From the NCBI GenBank assembly GCA_964016885.1, contig OZ024740.1, positions 159,774,001 to 159,838,000 on the forward strand: a stretch of DNA of 64,000 nucleotides. Reading direction: 5' to 3'. Source of the DNA: Eledone cirrhosa. Lineage: Eukaryota. Shown piece by piece: positions 34,958-50,919 of the stretch; the first letter of the stretch is position 1, and every line of letters starts with the position of its first letter. A program made the position numbers and the translations under genes. A model generated the notes under the pieces. The model made no database searches. It was given only the letters and a program-made list of their open reading frames with translations, and had not been told where the DNA came from.

Positions 34958-35310
34958 TCATCATCATCATCACCGTTTTACGTCCGTTCATCCACGCTAG
35001 CATGGGTTAGACGGGTTGTCCTGTTGTGGGCAGTAGCCGGTCGGCTGACCATGCCTTGCTCATACGGGAACTGATTCTGGCTTGATTTCTAAAGCTGGAT
35101 GCCCTTCCTAACACCAACCTCATTTACAGTGAGTGCTGGGTGCTATTTTTCCGTGGCGCCTACACGTCCACTTTACAGTGTGGGCTGGGTGCTTTTTTGC
35201 CGTGGCAACTCTATGACTACTTTGCAGTGGGAGGGTGTGGGGGCAGAGGTCACTGTCGTGTGTCATCACCTTTGAGAGGTGTAATTGTGTAAGGTCGGCT
35301 TTTATCACCT
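34958..35310 (-). mobile_element. Short RTE subfamily B 3' end with an internal deletion
   Basis: Matches 15460-15880. Confidence 0.88.
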
Positions 35311-37653
35311 CAACAGTTTAAATCTATTTCAAACCTAGAGACTCATCAGGCCAGAACCTTATACTGGTTTCATTGTCATTAAGTGATTGAGAGTAAAAGC
35401 CTGTCCCTTAACAGAACACCAGTCCATTGTAAGGTTCACCCCCCAGCACTGTCATTGCTTCTCATTTTCAGCAGAGTTGACGGGAGCAATGTGAAATGAA
35501 GTGTTGTGCTCAAGAATGCAACACACTACTCAGTCCAGTAATGAAATTCACATCATCATCACCATCATAAATCCAATATCCTAACCACTAAACTGCTTGC
35601 CTTCATATATATATGTGTGTGTGTGTATGTCTTCTCAAATGATAAATAAAATGCCTTTGAAGCACATATCCTTCTATAAATTCTTTGTATTTGTATTGCC
35701 AGGAGTCAAATACAGGAATAAGTAAATTGGAAGCATTCAATCCAGATTTTAGCTAGAAGCTTACTATTATTCTTACCATGATTCTCGCAGCTTATCCCAT
35801 TTACTCCACAAAGTTTCACACAACCCAACAAAACTGCAAGATCAATTAAAAGTTAGCAAAGTAAAAACCCGAGAGCCCTGAGGAAAGAATAAATCCAGTG
35901 GTGACCAGTATTTGCCAAAATTCGGTTGAATAATAAAACTCCCCCAAATAATATTGAAAGTTCATGTATGAAGAATCATAAGCCAGTATGCAACTATCCC
36001 CAAATTCTTATTTACAACCTCCCAACACATCTTATTAATTTATTTATTTCTCTGACAAAAGATGCAGTTTTAAAATCTGGAATCTTCCCTACCCACCTCT
36101 TCCTATTCCTACTCCTCCATCACTTTCTCCTTCTTCCTCCTCCTTTTTCCCCCATGTTATGTAAACATATTGCTTTCTATGAAGTTTATCAAACTAAAAG
36201 TCAAGCAGCTTATTGATCCACTGGCAGGGGAAATATATATATACACATATATTAGTTTGAATGTCCTCGAGAAATACACTGAAATGAGATGGAAAATCTT
36301 CAGTGATAATTACTTTATGTTACTTTACCTTCCAACATTGAAGTATGATGGCAGAACACAGTGATGGAAAAGATGTGAAAACTGCTTCATACTAAAACAA
36401 CATTAACCACAATAATTCTTCTCTTTTACATTTCATCTCTCTCTCTCTCCACTTTATTGCTATAAATGTGAAGTCAATATTCTAATCAGTTACAGTTAAT
36501 ATTTCACATACTTTTACACCCTCACACAGGCTTTTATATAGAGAATAGTATCTATACTTTATTTTCATTAACGAATTGAGTACTCATATATATGTGTGTA
36601 TGAGTGCCAGTGTGTGTATATATATACTGATAATTAAGTAACAACTCACTTTTCACATCAATGACATGACAATCTGTCTAATGCTGGTACCAGAAAATGT
36701 AGTCAGTACACTCTGTAAAGTTGTTGGTGTTAGACCCTAGACCCCATGTCAAACAATAAGTTGAGAGGACTCTTCTGTGACAATACATCCAACCTATGCC
36801 AGTAAGAAAAAGATGTTAAATGATGAGGATGAGGAAACATACATATCTACATACACCTAGATAAACATATCTAGCATACAGTAAGACTACTATGGCTAAG
36901 GTATCCTTTAAATCTTTCATTACAATATTTCTAATAAAAGAGACTGCCTATGATTTTCAAATAAGTTTGGAAATAGAGAATTTAACTAAATTTCTCATTA
37001 TTAAGCTGGTATTTGAAGCAAAACTTAAAACTTCTTACATAAAATTATCACAAATGTTATTTGGATAAATACAAAAAGTATAAAAGCTTTATATCGTAGA
37101 GCCAAGAGCTGCATCAGATGGTTTGATATCAAAAAGGTCAAAATGAGTATGTTTCTGGGAGAAAGTTATTCTGTTATAAAACATCATGATAATGCTAAGA
37201 CACATATCTTGCTTCTGTTCATCACTAGCTTCCTTAGCTTTGTTAATAAAAGTCATTGTTAATAAAAGTCATCGGGTGAAGTACTCTTGGAGACTGATAA
37301 AACGAACAGAAAAGTCTGCGGAATCAAACCACACATCTACTATATTAAGGATGCTTGTGTTTAATTATTGCAACTATCTCTAAACCATTTCCATAGATAT
37401 AAATAGAGTTAAAAGAGTATGCAGACCTGAATAATATAGTTTTAACTTGCAAGGCTGGCTCATTGAATTATGGGTGCAATCAATTGGACAGAATTCCACA
37501 AAGTCTTCTTCTGCCCAGTTTCACTCAAAGCTTGGGTTGACCCAAACCTATTGTAAAAGACACTTGCCCAATATGCAATGTAATGTTATTGAACCCATGC
37601 CCTTGTGATTCTGATGCAAACTTGTCAACCATTCTACAACATATATATATATA

Positions 37654-39270
37654 TTTGGAGAAAGCCTTCGACAGAGTCCCCCGCTCCATTATCTGGTGGG
37701 CTCTTAGAAAACTAGGCGTTGACGAATGGCTTGTGAGGGCTATACAAGCCATGTATAAAGAAACAGTCAGCAAGGTTAGAATTAACAACGAATATAGTGA
37801 AGAGTTTAACGTAAAAGTTGGCGTCCATCAGGGCTCTGTTCTCAGCCCCCTACTATTTATTATTGCCCTTCAGGCTATAACAGAGGAGTTCAAGACCGGC
37901 TGCCCATGGGAACTCCTATACGCAGACGACCTGACACTCATAGCGGAATCAATGGCCGAGCTAGAGAAGAAATTCCAAACATGGAAGCACAGCCTAGAAT
38001 CAAAAGGCCTTAAAATGAACCTGGCTAAGACTAAAGTTCTAGTTTGTAGGAAAGAAAATAAGGCGGCGGTCCCTTCTGGGAAATGGTCGTGCTCGGTGTG
38101 TAGGAAAGGTGTAGGTAGAAACTCGATTTTATGTCCTAAATGCAAAGTATGGGTGCATAAAAGATGTAGTGGGATCACAGGTAAGCTAACTAAGAACATA
38201 GATTTTACATGTGGCCGGTGCTCTGGTGCAATAAGTAGCAGCAAGTGCCCACAAAATACTAGCTCTTTCAATTGCGCAGAGGGTTCTATAGAAATAGTGG
38301 ACAGTTTCCGTTACCTGGGTGATAAAATCAGCAGTGGGGGAGGGTGCTCTGAAAGTACAGTAGCTAGAGTCAGAACTGGTTGGAAAAAGTTCAGAGAGCT
38401 TATACCACTATTAGCTGCTAAAGGGTTCTCCCTAAAAATGAAAGGCAGTTTGTACGATGCCTGCATACGAACAGCAATGTTGCATGGCAGTGAGACCTGG
38501 GCATTGTGTGCAGAGGATATACGCAGACTAGAGAGGAACGAAGCTTGCATGCTCCGCTGGATGTGTAACAGTAATATACGTGAACGGCAAAGCATAAACG
38601 AACTAAGGAAAAAATTAGAAATAAGAGGGATCAGATGTTGTTTACTCGAGAGAAGGCTACGTTGGTATGGACACGTGATGCGCATGAAGGATGATAGCTG
38701 TATAACAAAGTGCAGGGCAATAAAGATAGACGGTAGCCACGGAATAGGCAGACCTAGAAAAACCTGGGACGAGCTGATAAACTCCGACCTCACACACTTA
38801 CACCTCTCCAAGACAATGTCACTGGACCGAGACCTTTGGCGGTACTCAGTAACAGAGAAGACCCGCCTCACCTAAATACATAGTAAAACCTACTACAGCC
38901 AGTAGGCATCTCTAACAAAATACCCCCCCTGTCCCACCACCCCCAACCCATCCACGCCACCCCGTTCTATGTAAAGTTGTGTTGGTGCCACACCATCCAG
39001 GCCGAAACAAATGAGATCGTGTAGGTGTCACGACAAAAAAAAACACAGTCCACGCTGTAATGTGGCCATGTAGGCAACACGGTAAAAACCTCCCAGACCC
39101 ACACTGTAAATGTGGTTGGTGTTAGGAAGGGCATCCAACTGTAGAAAACCCGCCAGACAGTCCTATACGAGCAAGACAATCACTCTTGCCTCAAGTGGGA
39201 CTACCCCCGTCCAAACCCATGCAAGCGTGGAACACGGACGTTAAACGTTGATGATGATGATGATGATGAT
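37654..39270 (+). mobile_element. 5'-truncated RTE LINE (subfamily A), young
   Basis: From LEKAFDRVP onward it is almost identical to 25255-26830; begins in a (TA)n tract. Confidence 0.96.
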
Positions 39271-39282
39271 ATATATATAAAT

Positions 39283-39328
<46 letters not shown>

Positions 39329-40176
39329 CACACATAATTACTCTCTGGTCAAAATATGACAATTGCAAAGTGGTAGTGGTAGTGACACAATAAAAGCATG
39401 CAATGCATTCTGTAATGTGGCATCCTGCCATAATAACCAAGCCAACACATGGAATGGAATGTATGAGCTGGCTGTGTTTCCCTGAACGGTCAAGTCATAG
39501 ACTAGAAAATGTGTCCAACCCTAGCCATCATGAAAAGCGGATGTATAATGATGCTGATCATGGTGATAAACTATACACATGCTCTCACACACATGTGTGT
39601 ATAGTCTTTAAAATGGCATTTATATTCTCATTTACATGTATACAGAAAAAAACAGACATTAAATACGCATGCATGAAACCAGTTTCACCTACAACCACAA
39701 CCATGCTTACATATACATACTTAGACACATAACCAAACACATCCATATACATGTACACAATTTTACATGCTTAATCAACTAATTTTCTGAAACACACACA
39801 CACGTCAACACATATTCACGTTCAAACACATGCACACATACACACACACACATTGACCCATATTCATACTACATTTACACATTGACACACATTTAAACAC
39901 ACACATACACTGAGCTACAAATTCACACAAAAACACGCATTCTCTCTTACATGAACCCACACATATAGATTGAGAAATATGAAGAACGGACACAGCAAGA
40001 AAGCTAATGCATACACACATATAAACACATACACTTGCATATATACATTCATGAATATACAGATTCTGTTTCACATACACTTTGAAATATGAAGTAAAAT
40101 AATTTTGAGATGAAATCTAATTCTAGTTCTAATTTATCTGAAGAAATTGGTTACCACCATCTCCACTACAGACTTG

Positions 40177-40180
<4 letters not shown>

Positions 40181-40251
<71 letters not shown>

Positions 40252-40252
40252 G
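40181..40252. repeat. (GA)n microsatellite
   Basis: Direct reading. Confidence 0.95.
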
Positions 40253-43200
40253 ATGCATACATATACATGCATATAAATACATACACATGTACATACACAC
40301 AGATTAACAAAGAAATATACACATGCATATAAACACACACACAAACATACACACACAAACAATGCTGCTATTTTAGATGACAATAATTCTCTTCTTAGCT
40401 ATTGTCAGTGTATTCTTGTTCAATCAAGTTTTATAATTGAAAAATGAGATCTAACCAAACTTTGGTTCACAGATAGTCACTAGAGAGGTAGGAATGATAG
40501 TGTGTGTAAGTGGGGGTGAGGTTGTGGAGATAGATAATAAAGGAAGAGAGAGGAGGAGTAAGAGTGAGCAAAACAAATGAGAGAAAGAGCGAGTGATAGT
40601 ATTTGAGAGAAATATTCAGTTAATGAGAAAGTGAGGGATAGTGATGAGTAAAAGAGAAATTAACTGAAAGTGTGTGTGAAACAGTTTAAGAGATATATAC
40701 ATACATATACACTAACACAAAATATGGTACTTCTGTTTACCCTGCTTTTACTAAGGGTCTTAGTTTCCAGTGCAGTCATGCGCAGATACAGACACCTTCT
40801 CTCATTTGATCCAGTGAAACATCCAGAATGTAATATCTGGAAGAAGAGATGGTTGCAACAGCGCTGGACTGGTACTTTATTGATATTGAAAGGATAAAAG
40901 GCAAAGTGAACCTGAGCAAAATTTGAACCCAGAATGCAGGGACCCAGAACAAATATCTAATGCCCTAACAATTCTATATTATCCCTTTATATACAATACA
41001 ATACAATATCTTTGAAATGAATTTCACCATGGAGAATGCAATTGAGGTTTATAAAAACTACTTTGAAAGTTTCACTGTGATATTTGATGCTGAAGTTGAG
41101 CAGCTCCAATTTCACCCCTAACAGTATATATATGTGTGTGTATGATTGTATATATATATATATGTGTGTGTATTTGTGTAGTGTTCTTAGTACAGAGAGC
41201 GAGAAGATCACAGATTAGGTGTGTACTCAATACCTGTTTATGTTCCGAATTGGTTTAGTAATTAGTAAAATCTCAATAGAGTTCAAAGACAGCTATGGAG
41301 GCCTGCCTATATGGAGTAGGTACTCCATTGAGCAACTAGATGTGTCTTCTACTAATAGAAGCTATAGTAGTATTATAGCTTCTGGTTGATCAATGCTTTG
41401 TGAGTGGCAAAAGATGTGGGAACCCATTATATATATATGTATATATGTGTGTCTGTGTTCTTTGCACTTGTGTTTACATTCACACCATATAATATTTATA
41501 TGTCGTAACCTAGCAATTTGATAAATAAAGATGGATGAAATAAATATCATATTTCAGAAATAAGTGCTTAGGTTGATATGATGGACCCAGCCTTTTAATG
41601 TAGTGCTCCTGCATGGGTGCAGTTGAAAGACAAAAATTAACAGGTTAAAAAAAGCTTATGCTATTGTAAATTTGCAATATTTTCCCAATGGATTTATTTA
41701 GATACCATGCTAGCATGGGAAATGGACGTTAAATGATGATGATGCTAATGATTTTTGATTTAGTCACACAGCCAGCAGTTTTGGAGGGAAAGGAAAGTCT
41801 ATTATATCATCTCCCGTGCTTGACTGGTATTTTATTTTACTAAACTCACAGAAAAATGAACAGCATTTGAATTCAGTGGACTCTGTGAAATAGGAAAAAA
41901 GTTGAGGCAATTAATTGAATATATAATAATTTTCATAAGGTACAGAGCATACTAGATGCATTTCTATGGCCCCAGCAATACCACATTCGCAAATACACAC
42001 AATGGGGCAATGAAACGTTTTCAGCTTAAATCACTCCCCAATTCCATTTCCAACAAGCCCTCATATATGTAGTGTAGATGAAAGAGTATCCTACAGATGT
42101 TAACCTTCAAAAATCTTACTGAAACTGCCTCTGTTTCTATGATACAAAACTTTGTTTAAATTGTTTGTATTTAAACTAAATTACTTTAACATAATTAAGA
42201 AACTTTCCAAATGCAAAATCAATAATGACAAAGCTACTTATTTTACTAAATGTTAATATATTCTTCATTAATTTTAAAATTAATTAAAAGTTACAGATAT
42301 TTTATCTAATCAAAAATATGATCATGAATAGGTTAAAAATTTACCATAGCCTTATGTTAATCCAAGCTTTGTAAATGAAATTGGATAGACAGAAGCCTGT
42401 TGGATTAATTGTACTTGTAATAAAAACAACCAACCTTGTCACACACTGTTACACTGAATTTCTCATGGAATGACTTTAAGGATAGAAATGTCTGTGGAAT
42501 GCTCAGCCACTCCATCTCATCAAGTAGTAGAGGTTTCTACTTTTTTCTCACTGTAAATGAGGTTGGCACTAGGAAGGGCATCCAGCTGTAGAAACCAAGC
42601 CAAAATCGGTTCTATACGAGCAAGACATGGTCATTTGACCCGGCATTGCTCACAACAGGATAACTTGTCTAACCCATGCCAGCATAGAAAAATGGACGTT
42701 AAATGGAGATGATGAGGATACAAGGGCAGTAATTTGGGGTTGGGAAAAGTCGATTAAATCAACCCCAGTATTTGACTGGTACTTTATTGTAACAATCTCA
42801 CTTAGTAATAATATAGAGCCAGTCACATCATATTGTGGAAATCAATAAGGAACAAACTATCAAAAAATGTTACTCAAAACAATTAAATCTTAATAATTAC
42901 AAATTAATTTGCTTTTGATCTTTCTTAAATAGGTTATGTTATATTCTGATTGAGGTAATGAATTGGGAGGCTTATTGGATGGAATATCATACAGTATATG
43001 TTTCAACTCTTTGACATCTGAGTTCAAATTCTGCTGAGGTCAACGTTTGGGTTCAGTAAATAAAGTACTAAGGTCGACTTTTCGCTCTCTCTCTTCCAAT
43101 CTTTCTTTCTGTTTATTCCCCCTCTCTGTTACTTTCTCTTTATTTATTTCTACCTATCTCTTTCCCTCTGTCTGTTTCTCTCTCTCTCTCTCTCTCGCTT

Positions 43201-44029
43201 TTTTTCATTCTCTCACTATCTCTTTCTTTCTCTCCCCCCTTCCGTCTTTTACTTTCTCTCCTTTCAACAATTTCCCTTCTAGTTAAGAAAAGATGCTAAA
43301 ATTTTAAAGCCATTACTGTAGATAAGACATTTTCAACCTCTGTGTCATGGCATACTTGTGGGTTGCACATAGTTGACATGTGCTGCAGCATTTTTTAGGT
43401 AAGTTGTAAATGTCAGGAAGTTCAGAAAACTTGTGTGGTTATAATGAACCACACCATTGTATGTGTATTCTTTTACAACAAATGCAATTTTATTATATGA
43501 TAAAACTTTTAAAACTTTGTTGGTGTACTGTAACACTTTTTCACCTTATAGAGAGTTTTGTGGGTTGGAAAAAGTAGGAAATCCAGGCTGTGGATAATAT
43601 CATTAACTTTTGCTGTTTCTGGCTCTTAAATACTGAGTTCAAATCCTACCAATGTCAACTTTGCCTTTCATTCTTTAACAGTTGATAGAATATATAACTA
43701 TTCTAATAATTGGGTTGTTTTAATCACCTAATACCACTCCCTAAATTTGTAGCCTTGTGCCTATGTGAGAAACTTTCTTTTTAATTTTATAATTTAATAG
43801 AATTAGAGACAATAAATCAATTCACAGTTGTATAAATAACATTGCAAATATTGATTAAAATATGAAAGAAAAAGATGAAAACAAAACCAAGCAATGGACA
43901 GAGGGTGAAGGAGTAAAGAAGGGCAGATCTGACTCTATAGGAAAGTAGGGGAGGGGCTATAAATGCCATAAATGAGAAGAAAAGGAGGGAAAAAGCTAGG
44001 ACCAGTGAAAGGTGGGGAGAGGTTGATAG

Positions 44030-44430
44030 GCTCTAGGCTTGGGGCAATGTTTTGGCTGCACCCCATGGATGAAACTGCAAAGGCATTTCTTCAGACAATG
44101 GCCAGTGACACCTGCTGCAACAGCCACCCACATCCCCCTCCATGCAGGCTTCCTTCCTCAGGTGTGCTAGTGACAATCTGATTTTACAAAGGAGCTCAGC
44201 AGTATTGGGTCCAAGGATGCCTAAGGTCTCAATGGTGACCAGTGTGAAGAGGAAGCGGCTGGACAAGCCCTGGTATTTGTTTGTTTTCCTTTCCTCTGCA
44301 TCAAGGGCTGCAGTACAAGGGTTTGTGGCCAAAATGACTAAGTTGGAGGCAGAGAACATGTCTATTCTTAATTTCTGTCAAGTTCATAACATTGTCACAT
44401 TGTGTGAGCTGGACTTCCCTTGTTTATGAC
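44030..44430 (-). mobile_element. Degenerate restriction-like endonuclease C-terminus of a CRE/NeSL-type non-LTR element
   Basis: AALDAEERKTNKYQGL..FLFTLVTIETLGILGP resembles the AExxKxxKY...FxPxxxETxGxxG RLE tail. Confidence 0.62.
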
Positions 44431-45759
44431 AGTGAGTATTCCAGTTGTTTGATCAGTGGGGCAGCTTGTTCGTGAAATTAATATGCAAGTGGCTGAATAT
44501 TCCTCAGACATGTGTACATGTATGCATGGTCCCAGAACTCCTGAGGGAGGCATTGGGGCATTTTTAAACCTGGCAGAGTCCTTCCCTCTCCAGCACATTT
44601 CTTCCAGAGAAGAATAGAGTGAGAGAATGGAAGTGAGAATAGACCCCAGTACAAGACTGGTACTTTTTTTATCGACCTTGAATGGATGAAAGGTAAAGTT
44701 GGCCATGGTGGGATTTGAACTGAGAGAGCAGAGAGCCAAAATAAATACTGCAAAGCATTCTATCCAAAATTGTTCCAACTCTGCCAATTCGCTGCCTTGA
44801 CATGTGTACACTTATTGTAATTCTCTGGAAGATTGAACATGATACAGTGTGTGACAAGGCTGGCCCTTTGAATTACAGGTACTACTCATTTTTTTCTAGC
44901 TGAATGGCCTGGAGCAATGTGAAATAAAGTATCTTGTTCAAGGACACAATATGCCACTAGAAATCAAGCTCTTAATCTTACAATCATGAGCTGAACACAC
45001 TAACCACTAAGACACATGCTTTCAAACCTGTCTCAACTAATTTTGTATTGAAATGTCAGGATGTAGGTAGGAAACTGGAAAAGAAAGACATTATCTTGGT
45101 GCACAAACTAAACTTCATAGATATGATCTTCCTTGTGATAAGAAGCCTCAAAAAATTAATGTATCTTAATTGGTTAAATGTCTTAGTCCATGTACAATGA
45201 AAGCAGGTTTTATTTAAAATTTAGCTTTAATTTTCATGACTCAATTGGAATTATATTTCTATCTGTTGATTAGTAGATGAAAATCTTCTAAAGAACAGTA
45301 GTTATTATATTCTAGAGCATGGGACAAATTAGATTGCTGTGTATATAGTTTCTTTTACAAAAATAATAGTTAATAACCTATAGCAGTAGATAGACATAAT
45401 CATTAACAAGGCAACCTCTTTAGTGATTGTGCTACAATAGAATGCATTTAATGTACTTGGTAACAAGGTTGCAAACAGATTCAGTGTAAAGTTGTGAGGA
45501 CACTTTAGTCTAGCCAAAGACCTGACAACCACTTCAGTGTTGGTGTCACAATAAAATGCATTCGGTACACTATGTAAAGAGGTTTATGTTAGGAAAGTCA
45601 ACCAGTCATAGAAACCATTCTCCTATCTATCTAGTGGGAAATAAACTCAAATATAAACTGACTCAAACTGTAATGTCCTGTTCACTCCATGCCAGCATGG
45701 AAAGGAACCATATAAGGAGGTGATGATGCTGCTAATGATGATTAGAACACTAGACAAAA

Positions 45760-46020
45760 AGCTTTGTTTCATACTTCATCTATACCAAAAACATGACAAT
45801 TTCCTTAGTGTTGGCACCAAGATAACATGTACTTTGTAGAGCATGGGATTGTATATCAGGTCCCCAGCCCACCTGGAGATGAGAAGGTATGTATGAGTAC
45901 TTGCAATATGTTCAACACTTGCTAGCAGCGAAACAGCTGTTGAACAAAGAGAATGAATTTATATGACACCAGTTGTGAGAAAACCTCATGTTGAATTACA
46001 TGTACAATCTATCTGACTGG
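45760..46020 (+). mobile_element. Possible decayed Penelope-type GIY-YIG remnant
   Basis: Reads EHGIVYQVPS...ST..FNT with downstream stops; resembles the GxVYxxPC motif. Confidence 0.35.
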
Positions 46021-46180
46021 CTTTAAAACAGTTTTTGTTTGCCCAAGACTTGTGTTGACCTGAGGCTATGGCAAAGACACATGCCTCTTTAGGATTGAAC
46101 TTAGGACCTTGTAGTTTCAAAGCAAGCTTCTTAACCATTTAGACAGGATCTGCCCATCATTGTCAAGTAATCATCTACAG

Positions 46181-46384
46181 CAGGTATGTCAAACTGAGTG
46201 TCCTCCGAGGGCCACATGGATCACATATGTGTTGTCTGAGGGCCACACACGACAACTAACTGCAGACATTACAACACTTTTTTGTTTTAAATTTTATATT
46301 ATGAAGATAAAACATGCTCGCGCTGTAAAAACCTTTGTGTGGGTCACATATGTGCTTGTAAAGGGCTGCATATTGGCATGCCTG
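46181..46384. mobile_element. hAT-type MITE
   Basis: Imperfect TIRs caggtatgtcaa / ttggcatgcctg with a perfect 8-bp TSD ATCTACAG (46173-46180 and 46385-46392). Confidence 0.85.
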
Positions 46385-46582
46385 ATCTACAGCATTAAAA
46401 TGTTTTCTTTTGGAGTCAATTCAGTTCAGCCATGCCAAACCTGTCTTTTTTGTTTCAAGCATAGTGTATCTAGCAGCCTGTTTATTCACACTTTTTAAGA
46501 CAGAAGGATAATATTTGAGGGTGATTTGGCTGCTATTTTTACCAAGTTGAGCAACCACATAAAACCATCATATTTAAGTTTG

Positions 46583-46613
<31 letters not shown>

Positions 46614-48729
46614 TGCAGCTGTAGTTTAGCTCTAGATCAACCCTGACTGAGTTGATCTATTATTAAAAGCATTTCAGTTCAACTATGTCCAACATGTTTT
46701 GGTTTCTCAGAGACATAGTGTACCCAGAGTAAAATTAGTGTGTGAACTTTCATGTTTCTAAAGATAGTAGGATGGGATGTAGGATGTTTTAGTTCTTATT
46801 TCTATCAGATTGAATGAGTATGTACAGGATGTTGTTATTCTTGTTGTTGTTTAGCCCTAGTTAATTTCTAATTGAGCAGATCAATGATCAAGACCATTCT
46901 AGTACAGCTGTGGACAATATACTCTATAATTTTCCCCAATCACAAAATATTTTAAATTCAAAGCTACTGGAAGATAACATTTCAAAGCTATTGAGCTGAC
47001 ACATTTTGTTGTGTGCAACCTCTCCATACAGATTAGAATGAGTGTCTGCTGTAACCATTCCACCTTGTTTCGTTTTTCATAAGTGATGTGAAAGAGATTT
47101 GGCTACTATTTCTAGCAAGTTGTGTATCCATATCAAGTATGCGAATGATACTGATGTTGCTAGATGGTCAATGTGTAGATGTTTACTGTAACTGCTATAC
47201 TCTTTTGTTCTGAAAACTTCCAATTCTTTAGAAACAAAACAAATTTGTGACTTCTAATGGAAACAAAAAAAACAAGAACAATTAATGACAAAGATAGGAA
47301 AGGAAGGAGAAGGGAGGAAAAATAAAAAAAGTAAAAGATAAAAGCAGCAAATATTACAGAAACATATGGTTGAAGAACAGAAATCCTTAGAAATGTAACC
47401 AGAAAACCAAAAGCAACAGACTTTAGTTTTCTTTGTTGCTTTTACAAGAAATACAATATTGAAGAAATCTCAGGATAGATCTTGGTTAATTCCTGTTGTT
47501 GTTTTTTTGTTTTTGTTAATTTTTTTTAATTTCTTTGTTTTTACCAATAACAGAGATGGAATTATAGTGCTGGAATTCTTTTACCTAGTAATGGAGGCAA
47601 AATGGTTATGTGGATTTGGTATATGGTATTGAAGCATTTTCATAGCAAGTCCTGTCAAAAATGTTATACAAATTGTACAAACATTATTTTCAGTCTTTCA
47701 ATGTATACACACACATTCACACAAACACAGACACACACAAACACACACACACATATAGATATATTAAGGTATATATATATATATATCATCGTTTAACGTC
47801 CATCTTCCACGCTAGCTTGGGTTAGATATATATATGCAGGATATCTGTAAATAAAAAGTCAAGGAAAACAATATCCAATCTAATGCAAGAGAACTTATTT
47901 AGCATAACGTCTCTTGTGACAGTGTCATGTGACAGTAAACGCTGAAAAGGTGGTTGGTGACAGAAGGGCATAGTGCTGTGGAAACCATGCCTAAATTGGT
48001 TGGGGAGACCCTTCAATTGTGTCAAAGACACAACCTCTCTAGTAGTGCTGGTGATCTACATGATAAAGGTACATGCTGCAAAGTGGTTAGTTATAGAAAG
48101 GGCATCCAGCCATAGTAAGCTTGCCAAACAATGGGTTGAGAGAATCCTTTAGTTGTGTCAAGGACATGATAACCTCCCTAGTGCTGGTGATCTACACAAA
48201 GTGGTTGGTGTTATGAAGAGCATCTAGCTGTAGAAAGCTTGCCGAACAAGGGGTTTAGAGGACCCTTCTGTGCTTAAATAGAATGTATGACAATACATAA
48301 GGGAGATGCAGACCCCTTGGTCTGTCTGTGAGGTTAGTAGCTCCAGTTCAGTACTGACTTGGTCTTCGTAGAGCCGTCTAACCCTTGGTAGCTGAGAAAG
48401 CAGATATTAAACGAGGATGATGATGATATACATGTGTGTGTAGTAATAAAAAAACTAAAATTTAAAACACTAAAACAAACATTCATTCTAGGAAATTCTC
48501 TTATTTTTCCTTTTAATTTTGTTTTTCAACTTATTATTTCCAGTATGTTCTTTAATTTGAAAGCTCATTCAATAGATAAATGCTTCCTTAGCTGGACATG
48601 AATAACTCATGGCCTGTATAAATTAGTAATGATGGAAGAATTAAACAGAATATAACAACAAATGCACTTCTTTAAAAGCAAAATTTCATAGCAAACCAAA
48701 AATAATGCAATGTTATTGAATTACTGAGT

Positions 48730-49115
48730 GTGTGTGTATATATATATATATACACACATATATATATATACCCTTGCAAGCAGGGAAAAGCGGACGTAAA
48801 ATGATGATGATGATGATGATGATGATATGTATATATATGTATATATATGTATATATATGTATATATGTATAGATGTATATATATATGTATATATATATGT
48901 ATATATGTATAGATGTATATATATATGTATATATATATGTATACATATGTATATATAGATGTATATATGTATATACAGATGTATATATATATGTATATAG
49001 ATGTATATATATAGATGTATATATATAGACGTATATATATAGATGTATATATATAGATGTATATATATATATGTATATATATAGATGTATATATATAGAT
49101 GTATATATATATAGA

Positions 49116-49147
<32 letters not shown>

Positions 49148-49340
49148 GATGTATATATATATAGATGTATATATATATAGATGTATATATATAGATGTAT
49201 ATATATATATATATAGATGCATATATATATATATGTGTGTATATATATATATATGTATATATATATATGTATATATATATGCATATGCATACACATCCAT
49301 ATAATATTATAGTATATAAATATATATATATATATGCATA
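48730..49340. repeat. (TA)n/TAGATG compound microsatellite containing an isolated RTE-C tail (48771-48825)
   Basis: Direct reading; cccttgcaagcagggaaaagcggacgtaaaatgatgatg. Confidence 0.85.
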
Positions 49341-50919
49341 TACACAGAGATAGGTAGAGCGAGAGACAAACACATGCACACACACATATATATTTATATA
49401 GCCATACATCTACACATGTACACAAATTACATAGAGAGATGTATCTGGAAAAACGAATGTTAAATGATGATGATGATATGTGTATACATGTATCACAAGC
49501 ACTAGCTTTTATATGTATACGCTCACATACCCATGCATACAGAATATATTTATTCATGTTTGAGTGTGTATGTATATATGTCAATATATATATATGACTA
49601 TATATCTACTTATGTGGATGAACATGTGTAGCGTGAAATAGATTGGGAATAAATAGTTTTCGATGAATGACAAATTAAAAAGTTTAAACCACAGCAAAAT
49701 CCAACCAACCAGAAATAGCGATGATGTTGATTGTTGCATATGTAGTTCTTTGCTGGAATCTTTTCTTCATCTTATCCTCTCCCTGCCTCACCTTCCTTTT
49801 CTCCTGTTATAAATTCATTAAAATTGAGCTAAGATCATGGAAGCAATCTATTTTTTCTCCCATTGACATTTTATTTATTTTTCATCATTCAAATATACAC
49901 AAGAGACAAATATTTTTGTACCATTATGAAGTTTACTTTGCAGTCATATAGTTTTGAGTTCCATCTTACTGTGTGAAATCTTGTGCAAGTCTCTTCTACT
50001 ATATTCTTGGATAGACTAACTCTTTGGCACTTTATTGGCCTCAAAATGATGAAAGGTAAAGTTGACCTTAGCAAGATTTGAACTAAGAGCGCAGTGAAGT
50101 AGAATATTTACTGAGGCCTTTTTAATGTGATACCATAATGTCTCTGCCAAATTTTTACCTTAAACATCTGTAAAGCATATAGCCTAGAACCTCACAACCC
50201 ATGGGTACTTCAAAATAATTAAAATACATTATTGTTTACAATTTTTGTGAGACCTTCAGCAGGAATTTTTTAACATTGGGTCAAGTTTTATATAGCTAAA
50301 GGTATCATCGAATCTGAATCAACTCTATTTGACTATTTTCGACACTATTTCTACAGGATATATATATATTTACATACAAACCTAATCCTGTACAAAACCA
50401 CATGCTTATGTTTCAGAGTACATTCATGCACACACATACACACACAGGTACATTCTAATATATATATATATGTGTGTGGTGGAACTTTTATGCTATTATT
50501 GTAATACGTGTAAATATTTAATGCTCTGTCATAAAAGATAAAAATCAAACTAACTGCTAAAGTGAATGGCAAGTCTCTCATGCACACACACACACACTCC
50601 TTCCCTGTCATCATCATGGCTGTATTGGTAGAGCATCAGACACCATACTTTGCAGCATAGAGTTATGGCCCTTTACGTTTTGAGTTCAAATCCCGCCGAG
50701 GTTAACTTTCATCCTTACGTCTATAAAATAAACCACCAGTAATGCACTGGGGTAATTGCTGGCCTTGTACCAAAAGTAGAAACAATTATTATTATCATCA
50801 TTATCATCATCATCATCAGCATCACTATCAATCACTATCATTGCTATCAATCATAACCATCATCACTACCACCACAAACAGTATTTTATCACTCTCAATA
50901 CCATGAGTAACACTTCATC